NCBI GenBank assembly: GCA_037447435.1
Contig: JBBIGR010000045.1
Coordinates: forward strand, 1-40,192
Length of the DNA stretch: 40,192 bases
From: Fibrobacteria bacterium
GTDB lineage: Bacteria > Fibrobacterota > Chitinivibrionia > Chitinivibrionales > FEN-1185
Reading direction: 5' to 3'
In this document: in pieces, positions 1-8,626 of the stretch
Layout of the letters: the number at the start of each line of letters is the position of its first letter
Position numbering within the stretch: position 1 is the first letter of the stretch
Notes under the pieces: generated by a model
What the model saw: the letters and a program-made list of their open reading frames with translations, nothing else
Told to the model about the DNA's origin: nothing
The model's database searches: none
Program-made: the position numbers and the translations under genes

Positions 1-7
1 CTGTACC

Positions 8-232
8 ATGCCGGATCAAACGATAATGGGGTGCCGAATGGGCAAGAATAGGCAACAAAGATTGTATTTCCTTGCCCATCCTGAAACATGGTATTCCGAA
101 GGATGCGACTTAATAGAACTTCATAGACGGATTGAACAGCATGAAATTAACAAATTAAAATTAAATTATAATACCTATGTTTCCGGGAACATAGAATATT
201 TACGAAAAAGGGCTATTACGGAAAACAAATAA
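8..232 (+). CDS. 3' end of a hypothetical protein, probably starting upstream of the window
   Basis: Frame is open from the window edge to TAA at 232. No recognisable motif. Confidence 0.4.
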   Translation: MPDQTIMGCRMGKNRQQRLYFLAHPETWYSEGCDLIELHRRIEQHEINKLKLNYNTYVSGNIEYLRKRAITENK

Positions 233-267
233 ACACAACTGCCAAGAAAGATAAATTTCCCTTTATT

Positions 268-307
268 ATTTTCTTCTTTTCAAAGGCCTTTCTATAATTT
301 AAGTTAT
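268..307 (+). repeat. 40-bp AT-rich motif, copy A (contains TATAAT at 293-298; possible promoter)
   Basis: ATTTTCTTCTTTTCAAAGGCCTTTCTATAATTTAAGTTAT; 35/40 identical to 12865-12904, partial copy at 4761-4789. Confidence 0.65.
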
Positions 308-341
308 AAGAAAGGTCTTTTTATTTATCCGGAAGAATCCG

Positions 342-503
342 ATGCCTCAAATAATAATCATAGACGATATGGTCGCCATGACCGACATGATAGAAATCAC
401 GCTTATGTTAAAAGGCTTTCCGATTTTGGAAAAAGGGCAATTCAAATTCTTTGCTGAAATAGACCAGATTGTGAAGGACTGCATGAGAAAGACCGGCAAT
501 TAA
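342..503 (+). pseudogene. Internally deleted response-regulator receiver (REC) domain remnant, 53 aa
   Basis: Not in the ORF track. MPQIIIIDDMVAMTDMIEITLMLKGF resembles REC beta1-DD-alpha1 and is joined directly to PILEKGQFKFFAEIDQIVKDCM (beta5-Lys-alpha5-like). The phospho-acceptor Asp region is missing. Confidence 0.55.
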
Positions 504-518
504 ATGCGGCTTACTCCT

Positions 519-729
519 GACAGTCCGGCGCTGTCCCTCGATAGGGACTTCGAAGCGACGCCGCGTCCAAGAGAGAGAGACAGCATTTCTTTATTTTTTT
601 CCATTAATGCCCTCTTATTTACACCCATCATTTAATACTGGCAAATATCATTTTATGGTTATCGCTAAAGACGCAAGGGGTTCGACATCATTCAATAATG
701 CGAGCTTTTTTAATTATCCGTGATTTTAA
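519..729 (+). repeat. ~210-bp repeat upstream of toxin cassette 1 (GC-rich stem-loop plus short coding segment ending ...FFNYP*)
   Basis: Aligns with 8041-8251 from GACAGTCC to TGATTTTAA. Confidence 0.9.
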
Positions 730-1196
730 CCCTCAACCCCGGCCCTTCTCCCAATTATGGGAGAAGGGGGCATTATTTATAATGGATCGTATTTACAGAA
801 AGCCTGCTAAACCGAAATATGTCATTCAACTTGCGAGAGAACTTCGTAAGAATTCAACTGCAGCAGAAGTGACGCTATGGGAAAACCTTAAAAACAGAAA
901 ATTATTGGGCTTGAAATTTCGTAGACAAAAGCCAATTGGTCGATATATTGCAGATTTTTATTGCGCAGAAAAAGGATTTGCCATTGAGTTGGATGGCAGC
1001 TCGCATACTGACAAAATTCAATACGACAAAAATAGAGATGGCATTTTAGCCGCTTCCAATTTGACAATATTAAGGATTCCAAACAACCTGGTTCTAACGG
1101 ATCTTGATAGTGTTTTAAAAGAAATCTCTGAAAAATTACAAATGAGTTACACTCCTTCCCTTCTCCCATAATTGGGAGAAGGGCAAGGGATGAGGG
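730..1196 (+). mobile_element. DUF559 gene bracketed by palindromic terminal inverted repeats
   Basis: Left 730-768 and right 1158-1196 are inverted copies sharing an exact 26-bp core CCCTTCTCCC-AATTAT-GGGAGAAGGG, itself a hairpin. A second partial copy lies at 6043-6363. Confidence 0.65.
782..1171 (+). CDS. DUF559 / Vsr-like PD-(D/E)xK endonuclease domain protein
   Basis: ARELRKNSTAAEVTLW...KFRRQKPIGRYIADFYC...IELDGSSH...RD motifs. ATG 782 preferred over 698 because the extension reads through the hairpin repeat. Confidence 0.9.
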   Translation: MDRIYRKPAKPKYVIQLARELRKNSTAAEVTLWENLKNRKLLGLKFRRQKPIGRYIADFYCAEKGFAIELDGSSHTDKIQYDKNRDGILAASNLTILRIPNNLVLTDLDSVLKEISEKLQMSYTPSLLP

Positions 1197-1202
1197 GAAT
1201 AA

Positions 1203-2501
1203 ATGTCCGAACCTTACCAAGATATTCATAGCTACTATTTTATAAAGCCTAAAGCTGCGCCTGCGGATAATACACGCGTAAAATACAAAACAGACCCTGT
1301 ACCGGAGCCGCCGAAAGAGCCTACACCTATTGAAGCAAGATTATCCGATGCAAAATTCCTTCCGCCCAAAGATGGTGTAACTTTTAACGGCAAATGTAAA
1401 GCCCAGGTCAAAATCGAATATTTACGTCATACAATAATGACCAAAATCACCTTTTGCCTTTATTCCACCTACAAAGGCAAAACTGAAATAATGAAACCCG
1501 ATAAATTTGGGAATGAAAAAGACGGCATAGCCGAAACCGAGTTTACAATATTTTATCCGGATAACTATACCCAAGGTGACACGGTCGAATACTTTTTCAA
1601 GGCTTCGCACCGAAGAGGCGAAAAAGAGATTTCGAGCGAAAAGTTGACAATGCCTATGGCATCTGGCAAAACTATTAAAAAGGGCGATAAAGGCACAATC
1701 GTTGAGGAAATAAATATCAGACTTGCCGGATTTGGCGGCGGAGTTCCGAGCGACACTTTTGATGATAAAACAGAAGCAAAAGTAAAACAATTCCAAAAAG
1801 ATTATATGAAAATGGGAACCCCAACCGGCGAAGTGGATGAAGATACTGCAAAAAAAATTGATGAATTCGGAAAGAAATATACAGTCTCATTGGAGCTTTT
1901 TGATGGGTTAAAATGCCGATGTCAACCTCAATGCGGTGGCTTTGGAAAAGGCCGATTTAAAAACGAATATTTTGAAAAGCCTGGCAAAGACGGCAAACCC
2001 AAACCGCATGATGAATCAACACACAAGTATGAATACCCCGGAATGCATCGTTTTCTCCTATGGGCTGTACGCGGTTTGAATTATCATTTAGAAAAAGAAA
2101 CCACTATTTCTGCAAAACTAGATTTTTTTAGTTCTGGCTATAGGTGCAATGACCACCCATTAACAATAAACAGGAAAACTGTTAACCATATGGGAAAAGC
2201 CGCTGACATTCATTTTAAAATAAAGGCAGAAACAACTTGGGTAACGCCAAAAACCGATGCTGAAAATAATGCCTTATGTGAGAAAATCAGAAAAATATGT
2301 TTAAAGCCTGATGGTTTAAATGCGCAAATGGAATGGGGAAAAGCCAACAGAATTTCTTTAGAATCTACAGCCGACGGTGCAAAAACCTGGATACATGCTG
2401 ATGTTCGTAATTTTGAAAAAAAATATCTTGACGATAAATTCTTTTGTAAATCCATTCAAGACTTAGACGGCAAACCTTTGGAAACTTTAATAAAGGGTTA
2501 G
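1203..2501 (+). CDS. Conserved N-terminal domain + PG-binding domain + M15-type (Hedgehog/DD-peptidase fold) Zn peptidase; putative cell-wall toxin
   Basis: IKKGDKG..VEEINIRL...TEAKVKQFQ...TGEVD (PG_binding_1-like); SSGYRC...NHMGKAADI...WIHAD (M15 H/D/H ligands). No signal peptide. Residues 1-151 shared with 9017-10063. Confidence 0.85.
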   Translation: MSEPYQDIHSYYFIKPKAAPADNTRVKYKTDPVPEPPKEPTPIEARLSDAKFLPPKDGVTFNGKCKAQVKIEYLRHTIMTKITFCLYSTYKGKTEIMKPDKFGNEKDGIAETEFTIFYPDNYTQGDTVEYFFKASHRRGEKEISSEKLTMPMASGKTIKKGDKGTIVEEINIRLAGFGGGVPSDTFDDKTEAKVKQFQKDYMKMGTPTGEVDEDTAKKIDEFGKKYTVSLELFDGLKCRCQPQCGGFGKGRFKNEYFEKPGKDGKPKPHDESTHKYEYPGMHRFLLWAVRGLNYHLEKETTISAKLDFFSSGYRCNDHPLTINRKTVNHMGKAADIHFKIKAETTWVTPKTDAENNALCEKIRKICLKPDGLNAQMEWGKANRISLESTADGAKTWIHADVRNFEKKYLDDKFFCKSIQDLDGKPLETLIKG

Positions 2502-2503
2502 TT

Positions 2504-2914
2504 ATGAAATTCATTTTCTGTTTAGTTCTTTCAATCACTACTCTTCTAAATTGCCAAAATACTAAACAAAGCAACAACGAAAAGCAAACTGCGTCGGATC
2601 AGAAATTCCTTACTACTTCACAATGTATACCAACAAAGACATTTAACAGAAAAGATACTGTCGGAATATTTAAAGGACCGGTCGTTCATTTTTCCGACAC
2701 TTCAGCAGGTTCTGCAAGCGGTGGAATTATGATTAAAGATCAGGCCGGTGATTCAATTTCGTTTCTATTTTCCTATGGCGAATCGAAAAACATCGACGTA
2801 AAAAAGTTATCACTAGGCTCATGCATTGAAATCAATTTTCATGCTAAGGTTTTTCTTGAAGAGGGAATTGAAATCAACCGACTATTTTTTATTGATGATA
2901 TAAAATACCAATGA
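2504..2914 (+). CDS. Lipoprotein; candidate immunity protein of the upstream peptidase
   Basis: MKFIFCLVLSITTLLN-C lipobox-like signal; starts 2 nt after the upstream stop. Immunity role is inferred from position. Confidence 0.7.
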   Translation: MKFIFCLVLSITTLLNCQNTKQSNNEKQTASDQKFLTTSQCIPTKTFNRKDTVGIFKGPVVHFSDTSAGSASGGIMIKDQAGDSISFLFSYGESKNIDVKKLSLGSCIEINFHAKVFLEEGIEINRLFFIDDIKYQ

Positions 2915-2930
2915 ATAGGTTTATTACCAA

Positions 2931-3175
2931 ATGAAAATTATTAGTTTTTTATTATCGTTCTGTTTGGTTGCAATCCTTTTCACCTGCACAACCAATGCCC
3001 CAAATCCTTTTTCCCAGGACAAGGCACAGGCTTTTCTGCATTTTGCCAATGATTCATCCATACAATGATGGTTACAAACACCAGGCAATTATGGAGTACC
3101 GGCCATAATGATTTGGGACAATTAGGCGATGGAACAACAACTAACAGTTTAATTCCCAAATTGATTCTCCCATGA
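2931..3175 (+). pseudogene. Remnant of an RCC1-repeat lipoprotein (frameshifted start, large internal deletion)
   Basis: Shifted frame after ATG 2931 reads KLLVFLLSFCLVAILFT-CTTNAPNPF (lipoprotein signal). 3065-3175 reads MMVTNTRQLWSTGHNDLGQLGDGTTTNSLIPKLILP*, a typical terminal RCC1 blade. Stop overlaps the next ATG (ATGA). Confidence 0.7.
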
Positions 3176-4752
3176 AAAAACATAATAAATCAATTGTAAA
3201 TACAAAAAAAGCAATATCCTTCGACGTTCCTACGAAAGATCTGGGCAAGACTAAAGGGCATTTGTTCATGCTGGTTTTTCTTTTAGAGCTTATAACGATA
3301 ATTGTCTATAGTGGTACTTTAAAAAGTGATTTTGTTTATTATGATGACGAATCCTACATTACGACAAATGAGCATGTACTTCATGGCTTGACATTGAATG
3401 ATGTCAAATGGGCCTTTTCCGCCGTGGGTTATTCGGACAACTGGCATCCTCTCACTTGGATTTCCCATATGCTGGACGTCCAACTATTTGGCCTTAATCC
3501 TTCCGGACATCATTTAACAAACTTGATTTTCCACATTCTTGCGACATTGCTTCTTTTCGGCTTTCTGCAATATGCAACCGGCAAAGGCCGGCTTGCCGCA
3601 TTTATCGCAGGATTATTTGCTTTGCATCCGATGCATGTGGAATCCGTTGCCTGGGTTGCTGAACGCAAAGATGTCTTAAGTGCCGTGTTTGGATTTGCAA
3701 CTTTATGGGCTTATGTTTATTATGTCCGCAAACCTGATATAAAAAAATACGCGCTGGTTTTGGTCCTGTTTTGCCTCGGCCTTTTATCCAAGCCGATGCT
3801 GGTAACACTACCGTTTGTTTTGCTTCTTTTGGACTTCTGGCCGTTGGAACGTTTGACAATAAATATGCGTACCATCGGCAGACTCGTGATCGAAAAACTT
3901 CCGCTCTTTGTACTGGCGGCCGCATCGTCGATAATTACTATTATCGCCCAACATTCGGCCATTGCCAACATTGACAGATACGGCTTTTCGACAAGGATAT
4001 CAAACGCGATTATCTCGTATGGTGTATATGTAGGACAACTATTCTGGCCGGCAAAATTATCGGTGATATATCCATTTACAAAGCCCGATTCCTTTAAAGT
4101 TATTGTATGCGCGTTGCTTCTTATTGCAATTTCCACGGCAGCCATATGGTTAGGCAGAAAGAAAAAATATCTCATCACCGGCTGGCTTTGGTTTCTTGGA
4201 ACTTTGGTTCCTGTCATTGGTATATTGCAGGTAGGAAGTCAGGCACATGCGGACCGATATACGTACATCCCATATATCGGGCTTTTTATTATGATTGCAT
4301 GGGGTTTAAATGCCCTTGCGGAGAAAATGATAAGCAAGAATAAGGTTGTGTTGAACACCATTTTAAGCATCATCTTTTTAATCATGACTATTAAAACATG
4401 GGAACAAATCGGATATTGGAAAAACGGGACAACGCTTTTTTCTCATACCAATGAAGTTACACAGGGAAGTGAGATTGCTTATTATATCCTTGGCAATATC
4501 ATGTTGGAATCAGGAAGAACAGACGAGGCCATTGCGAATTATCAAAAAGCATTGAAAATTAATCCCAATAAAAGAAACGCTCTCAGCAATCTTGCCGGTG
4601 CTTATTATCAGAAGAAACAATTTTCTGATGCGATACCGCTTATACAAAGAGCGATCGCTTTGGAAAAAGCCGCCGGTGATGAAGTACAAGCAAAAGAAGA
4701 CGCCGGGAATCTCGAAATGCTTCTGCATGAAGACAGTTTGTATCAAAAATAA
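3172..4752 (+). CDS. TMTC-like GT-C membrane glycosyltransferase with C-terminal TPRs
   Basis: YDDESYI, WHPLTWISH, HPMHVESVAWVAERKD, ADRYTYIP motifs; many TM segments; short TPR tail. Confidence 0.85.
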   Translation: MKKHNKSIVNTKKAISFDVPTKDLGKTKGHLFMLVFLLELITIIVYSGTLKSDFVYYDDESYITTNEHVLHGLTLNDVKWAFSAVGYSDNWHPLTWISHMLDVQLFGLNPSGHHLTNLIFHILATLLLFGFLQYATGKGRLAAFIAGLFALHPMHVESVAWVAERKDVLSAVFGFATLWAYVYYVRKPDIKKYALVLVLFCLGLLSKPMLVTLPFVLLLLDFWPLERLTINMRTIGRLVIEKLPLFVLAAASSIITIIAQHSAIANIDRYGFSTRISNAIISYGVYVGQLFWPAKLSVIYPFTKPDSFKVIVCALLLIAISTAAIWLGRKKKYLITGWLWFLGTLVPVIGILQVGSQAHADRYTYIPYIGLFIMIAWGLNALAEKMISKNKVVLNTILSIIFLIMTIKTWEQIGYWKNGTTLFSHTNEVTQGSEIAYYILGNIMLESGRTDEAIANYQKALKINPNKRNALSNLAGAYYQKKQFSDAIPLIQRAIALEKAAGDEVQAKEDAGNLEMLLHEDSLYQK

Positions 4753-4760
4753 ATGTTTGT

Positions 4761-4789
4761 ATTTTCTTCTTTTCAAAGACCTTTTCTAT
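4761..4789 (+). repeat. 40-bp AT-rich motif, partial copy B
   Basis: ATTTTCTTCTTTTCAAAGACCTTTTCTAT matches the first ~28 nt of copies A and C. Confidence 0.6.
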
Positions 4790-4931
4790 CGTCCCAAAAA
4801 GGGCAGCGCTTTTTATATTGTCTTGGAAAAACAAATCTGACCTGACCTCAGGTTTCCTAAACCTGTGCTCTATAGACTTTGTGAAATCGCGATATATTCA
4901 TTAATATCGCGCGGCAATAAATTTAACTCGA

Positions 4932-5200
4932 CTTCGCCTCTTTTTACTTTACAAACCAATAAAAAACAATTGATGCGCTCTCTTTTTGGGAGAACGTCGA
5001 GTCTTTTTTAATCGAACGTAAGTCCATTGCACTCGAAGTCCTCTCTTTTAGAGTGAAATTTGACTCTAATTCATATATTAGTCTTCACTTTTTTACAGAA
5101 AATCGAGTCTTTTTAAATCGAGATCGCCGCAAATAGTCCCGACATCGACTCTTTTTGAGAGGATGAGCTCTCAATTTGAATTGAAACCGACTCTTTTTTT
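4932..5200. repeat. Degenerate 21-bp-period tandem array (core TCGAnTCTTTTT)
   Basis: Core-like TC-T-tract words at 4939, 4981, 5002, 5023, 5044, 5065, then after a +1 shift 5087, 5108, 5150, 5171, 5192. Confidence 0.7.
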
Positions 5201-5260
5201 GAAAAAGCCGTTTGAAAAAATATTGCGAGGCTCTGAAAAAGTGAAGCAATAGATTCTTTA

Positions 5261-5295
5261 GGAATCAGAGGAATAGCTATTATTCCCCTGATTCC
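5261..5295 (-). terminator. Stem-loop just downstream of 5303-5794
   Basis: GGAATCAG-A-GGAATA / TATTCC-C-CTGATTCC inverted repeat; weak U tract. Confidence 0.45.
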
Positions 5296-5302
5296 GGAAA
5301 TA

Positions 5303-5794
5303 TTACTCGGTTTTCTTTTCCTGCCCATTTGCTGGGGCATGACCGGCACCGGGAAATCGGGATTTCATATCCTGATACGCTTCTGCGGCGCCCGGAATAT
5401 TCATTTTAGTGGCATTTTTCACTGCATGGTAAAAAGAAAGGCTCGCGGAATAGGCTTCACTCCCTGCGAGAATTGCGGTGTCCTGCATCATGTCCGTGAG
5501 CTTTTGTAAAGGAACCAATAAAGATCGCAATTCCTGCACAGCCGCAAAATCCTTTTGCCATTCGGCCTGATTTATATAGCTGGGCACCAGATCAGCATGC
5601 TTACCCGCATACTGGAGGGATTTCATGACAAAAGAAATTGTTTTATCACCCATTTTCGGCAACTCATGCCTGTCGGCAGTCGATATTTTCACAAGCTTGG
5701 GAATAAGACCGGTTTCCAAGATCTTAATTGCCGCCTGATAGGCAGCCACTTCATCTTGTGTAAAATCAATTGACACGAGGTTCTCACCAGCCAT
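5303..5794 (-). CDS. Conserved all-helical hypothetical protein
   Basis: Strong RBS (AAAGGAG). LPKMGDK..F...P.Y...D...L...DT..LAGSEAY..L.FY...RFP pattern, recalled as a widespread uncharacterised family. Confidence 0.8.
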   Translation of the reverse strand: MAGENLVSIDFTQDEVAAYQAAIKILETGLIPKLVKISTADRHELPKMGDKTISFVMKSLQYAGKHADLVPSYINQAEWQKDFAAVQELRSLLVPLQKLTDMMQDTAILAGSEAYSASLSFYHAVKNATKMNIPGAAEAYQDMKSRFPGAGHAPANGQEKKTE

Positions 5795-6042
5795 AATTTA
5801 ACTCCTTTGTTAAAAGTGTTAATATTATTGTAGGTCTCATACCAAAGCCAATATATGAAATCCATATTAAACGGCGCAAGGTTTATATGCATCATTTTAA
5901 GTTAGATGCCGGATTGTCCCGTTTTTTTTAATTATCTTCTTTTTTATTCATTTTCTATGATTTAGATTATTGAACATTTTCTTGGAAAGTTCGCCGTTGA
6001 TATCAATAGAATATTAATGATTAAACATATCAACCGCATCCG

Positions 6043-6363
6043 ACCCTCAACCCCGGCCCTTCTCCCAATTATGGGGGAAGGGGGCATTATTTATAATGGA
6101 ACAGAAAGCCTGCTAAACCGAAATATGTCATTCAACTTGCGAGAGAACTTCGTAAGAATTCAACTGCAGCAGAAGTGACGCTATGGGAAAACCTTAAAAA
6201 CAGAAAATTATTGGGCTTGAAATTTCGTAGACAAAAGCCAATTGGTCGATATATTGCAGATTTTTATTGCGCAGAAAAAGGAATTGCCATTGAGTTGGAT
6301 GGCAGCTCGCATGCTGACAAAATTCAATACGACAAAAACAGAGATGGAATTTTAGCTGCTTCC
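6043..6363 (+). pseudogene. Second, broken copy of the DUF559 element (left repeat, 8-bp deletion after the ATG, 3' truncation)
   Basis: Near-identical to 729-1057. Lacks TCGTATTT after ATGGA (frameshift). Homology ends at GCTTCC 6363; no right repeat. Confidence 0.9.
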
Positions 6364-6422
6364 TGTTCACTGATAAATAAATCCATTCATTATGCCCCTT
6401 GTTGCGAATGCAACCGGGGTAT

Positions 6423-7886
6423 TTATTCTGAAAAAATAATCTGCTGCATTTTAATTAAAGAACCGGCTTGTATCCTAATGTAATAAACACCCATCGAGAA
6501 ATTATTCTTTTTAATATTCACGACAGGCAAAATGCCGGAATTATTCCCTTTATATAAAGTGGATATTTTGGCGCCGCCTACATCATATAAATCAACATCG
6601 ACGGTCCCTATTTGCTGAGGAACTCTAACCTGAATGGAAATGCTTTGAGATTCTTTTTTTATTTCAATGGCAATATTTTTTTGAACAAATTTTAAAGAAC
6701 CGTTTTGCAGGTTTCCGGTAGTGATATTCAAATTATACGACCTTAACTTATTAAAATCCTGAAGGTGCTGTAGAAACCACCCGTCATCACCCGTTCCTGA
6801 ATTGAGCGTATACAAAGTACCTTTACCCTGATTCGCACAACTGGCAAGCATGCCGATAAAACCGGCCTGTATAAAATCATTGACATGAGTAAAGAAATAC
6901 GGATAAAAAGTATCTTCATATCTATTGTCGGTATTCGGAAGCCCGGTATGCCCAAGACATATTTGCCAACCGAAGGCGGGCAGATCTACCGTCTGCGAAA
7001 CACGCTTGCACCAGGCAACATAATTGGCCATGTCGCTATCGGTCCAGTAATAATTATCCGTGCTCATATTTACTTTTGCATAGCCTGCATCTGCGCCGTA
7101 TTTTTCGAACCCGACAAAATCCCCCCGGTATTTTGTTCCCAGAAGAAGATTGATATACTCAGCCGTTTTATCGGCTGCGGCGAGAACTTTGTCCGATGAA
7201 TTTTTAAAAAGAATAACATTGGTCGCGCCTGCCGGCTGATATGCCCAGAATGCCATAAGAATACCGACATAAGCATCAGGATCAAAAGTTTTTATTGTTT
7301 TTATCAGGGCTGCCGGATAATTCTGTAATTTATTATCAAATTCCGTTAGCCAACTACAGCCCAAATTATTAAGATAGCAAGTTTGATTCAAATTAGTTTT
7401 CCCTAAATTCGCCTGGTCGTTTTGGAGTAAATAGCCCCATACATCGGGCTCTAGTACGTAAATTGGTGACGTACCTTTAGAACTATCGACCGCAAATTTT
7501 AAAGCCGTAAAGAGTTTTTTCATGTATGTCTGATCCGAGGCATTCTGAAGGACCGCAGCCAAACCATCACCACCGTTTTGAAGCATGTAAGCCGTAAACG
7601 CAGGCTTAAGGCCTTTATAGCCCTTTTTTGCATAGTTAGTCCAAGGCGTGAAAAGCATGGTAGATATTTCATCGGGATTATTGATATAAACATATCTTCT
7701 GTCAATTCTGATTCCTTTATCGATGGCAGCTTTCAGTTGATCTTCCCATAATAAAGCGGTACCGTTACTGACCAGGCCGAAACAATAATCATCCCATTTT
7801 GCCGGCGGGGTTCCCCAGCCGCAATATGATGAAATAAAAAGAAGTAAAAGAATTGCACTGCTTTTTAGTAATTTATTGTAACCCAT
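6423..7886 (-). CDS. Secreted putative glycoside-hydrolase-like protein with T9SS/FlgD-like C-terminal tail
   Basis: Signal peptide; aromatic-rich domain with LEPDVWGY, EKYGADAG, GWQI motifs; tail VDLYDVGG.KI...GVYYIRI. Family not resolved. Confidence 0.65.
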   Translation of the reverse strand: MGYNKLLKSSAILLLLFISSYCGWGTPPAKWDDYCFGLVSNGTALLWEDQLKAAIDKGIRIDRRYVYINNPDEISTMLFTPWTNYAKKGYKGLKPAFTAYMLQNGGDGLAAVLQNASDQTYMKKLFTALKFAVDSSKGTSPIYVLEPDVWGYLLQNDQANLGKTNLNQTCYLNNLGCSWLTEFDNKLQNYPAALIKTIKTFDPDAYVGILMAFWAYQPAGATNVILFKNSSDKVLAAADKTAEYINLLLGTKYRGDFVGFEKYGADAGYAKVNMSTDNYYWTDSDMANYVAWCKRVSQTVDLPAFGWQICLGHTGLPNTDNRYEDTFYPYFFTHVNDFIQAGFIGMLASCANQGKGTLYTLNSGTGDDGWFLQHLQDFNKLRSYNLNITTGNLQNGSLKFVQKNIAIEIKKESQSISIQVRVPQQIGTVDVDLYDVGGAKISTLYKGNNSGILPVVNIKKNNFSMGVYYIRIQAGSLIKMQQIIFSE

Positions 7887-8040
7887 AAATACTCCTTGAA
7901 TGCTTGTTGCACCTGTTACCAGAAAAATACGTTATTGGAATAAATCGATAATGCTTATGTATATTCTATTTTACAATGAAAGCGATAAACATATCAGGGA
8001 TTTCATGAGGAAAACTTTGCCTTAGGGAAAGTTTGTTTTT

Positions 8041-8251
8041 GACAGTCCCGCGTTGTCCCACGGCAGGGACTTCGAAGTGCTGCGTGTCCATGAGAGGGCG
8101 GCAGCCCTTTTTATATTTCTCTCTCTATTAATACACCCCATATTTACCATCATTTAGTACCGGCAAATATCATTTTATGGTTATCGCTAAAGATGCAAGC
8201 GGTTCAACTTCATTTAGCAATGCAAGCTTTTTTAATTATCCATGATTTTAA
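8041..8251 (+). repeat. ~210-bp repeat upstream of toxin cassette 2
   Basis: Aligns with 519-729. Confidence 0.9.
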
Positions 8252-8278
8252 TGATGAAAAATATAGGAGTTCAGAGCC

Positions 8279-8626
8279 ATGCAAATTGATACCAACCTTT
8301 CGGTTACAACCGTAACGCCTGATATTATCGATTATGTTGTCGAGAAAATTGTCTTGGCCGTGCATCCATTAAAAATCATTCTTTTTGGTTCACAAGCAAG
8401 GCACGACAACAGAGAGAACAGTGATATTGATTTACTTATAATCACCAAAACAGGTGAGGATAGTGAGCAAATTCGCCTTGAAATCGAACGAACACTTCGA
8501 GGTAGACGTTTTGGCATTGATCTCTTAGTACGAACTCCCGCAGATTTGGAATGGAACATCGAAGCGGAAAATCCATTCTATACGAATGAAATATTTCGCG
8601 ATGGGCAGGTTATGTATGAGTGCTGA
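8279..8626 (+). CDS. Minimal nucleotidyltransferase (MNT) antitoxin-like protein
   Basis: LFGSQARHD....SDIDLLI and IDLLV motifs; RBS AGGAG. Confidence 0.9.
   Translation: MQIDTNLSVTTVTPDIIDYVVEKIVLAVHPLKIILFGSQARHDNRENSDIDLLIITKTGEDSEQIRLEIERTLRGRRFGIDLLVRTPADLEWNIEAENPFYTNEIFRDGQVMYEC

Noticed and set aside
698..781. N-terminal extension of the DUF559 ORF
   Set aside because: It is read-through of the upstream repeat and hairpin; family-like sequence begins at ATG 782.
4932..5200. CRISPR array
   Set aside because: Period is only 21 bp, repeats are degenerate, there are no spacer-length unique segments and no cas genes.
729..6363. DUF559 copies as a diversity-generating retroelement TR/VR pair
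   Set aside because: Differences are not adenine-specific (they include T/C and C/T) and no reverse transcriptase is present in the window.
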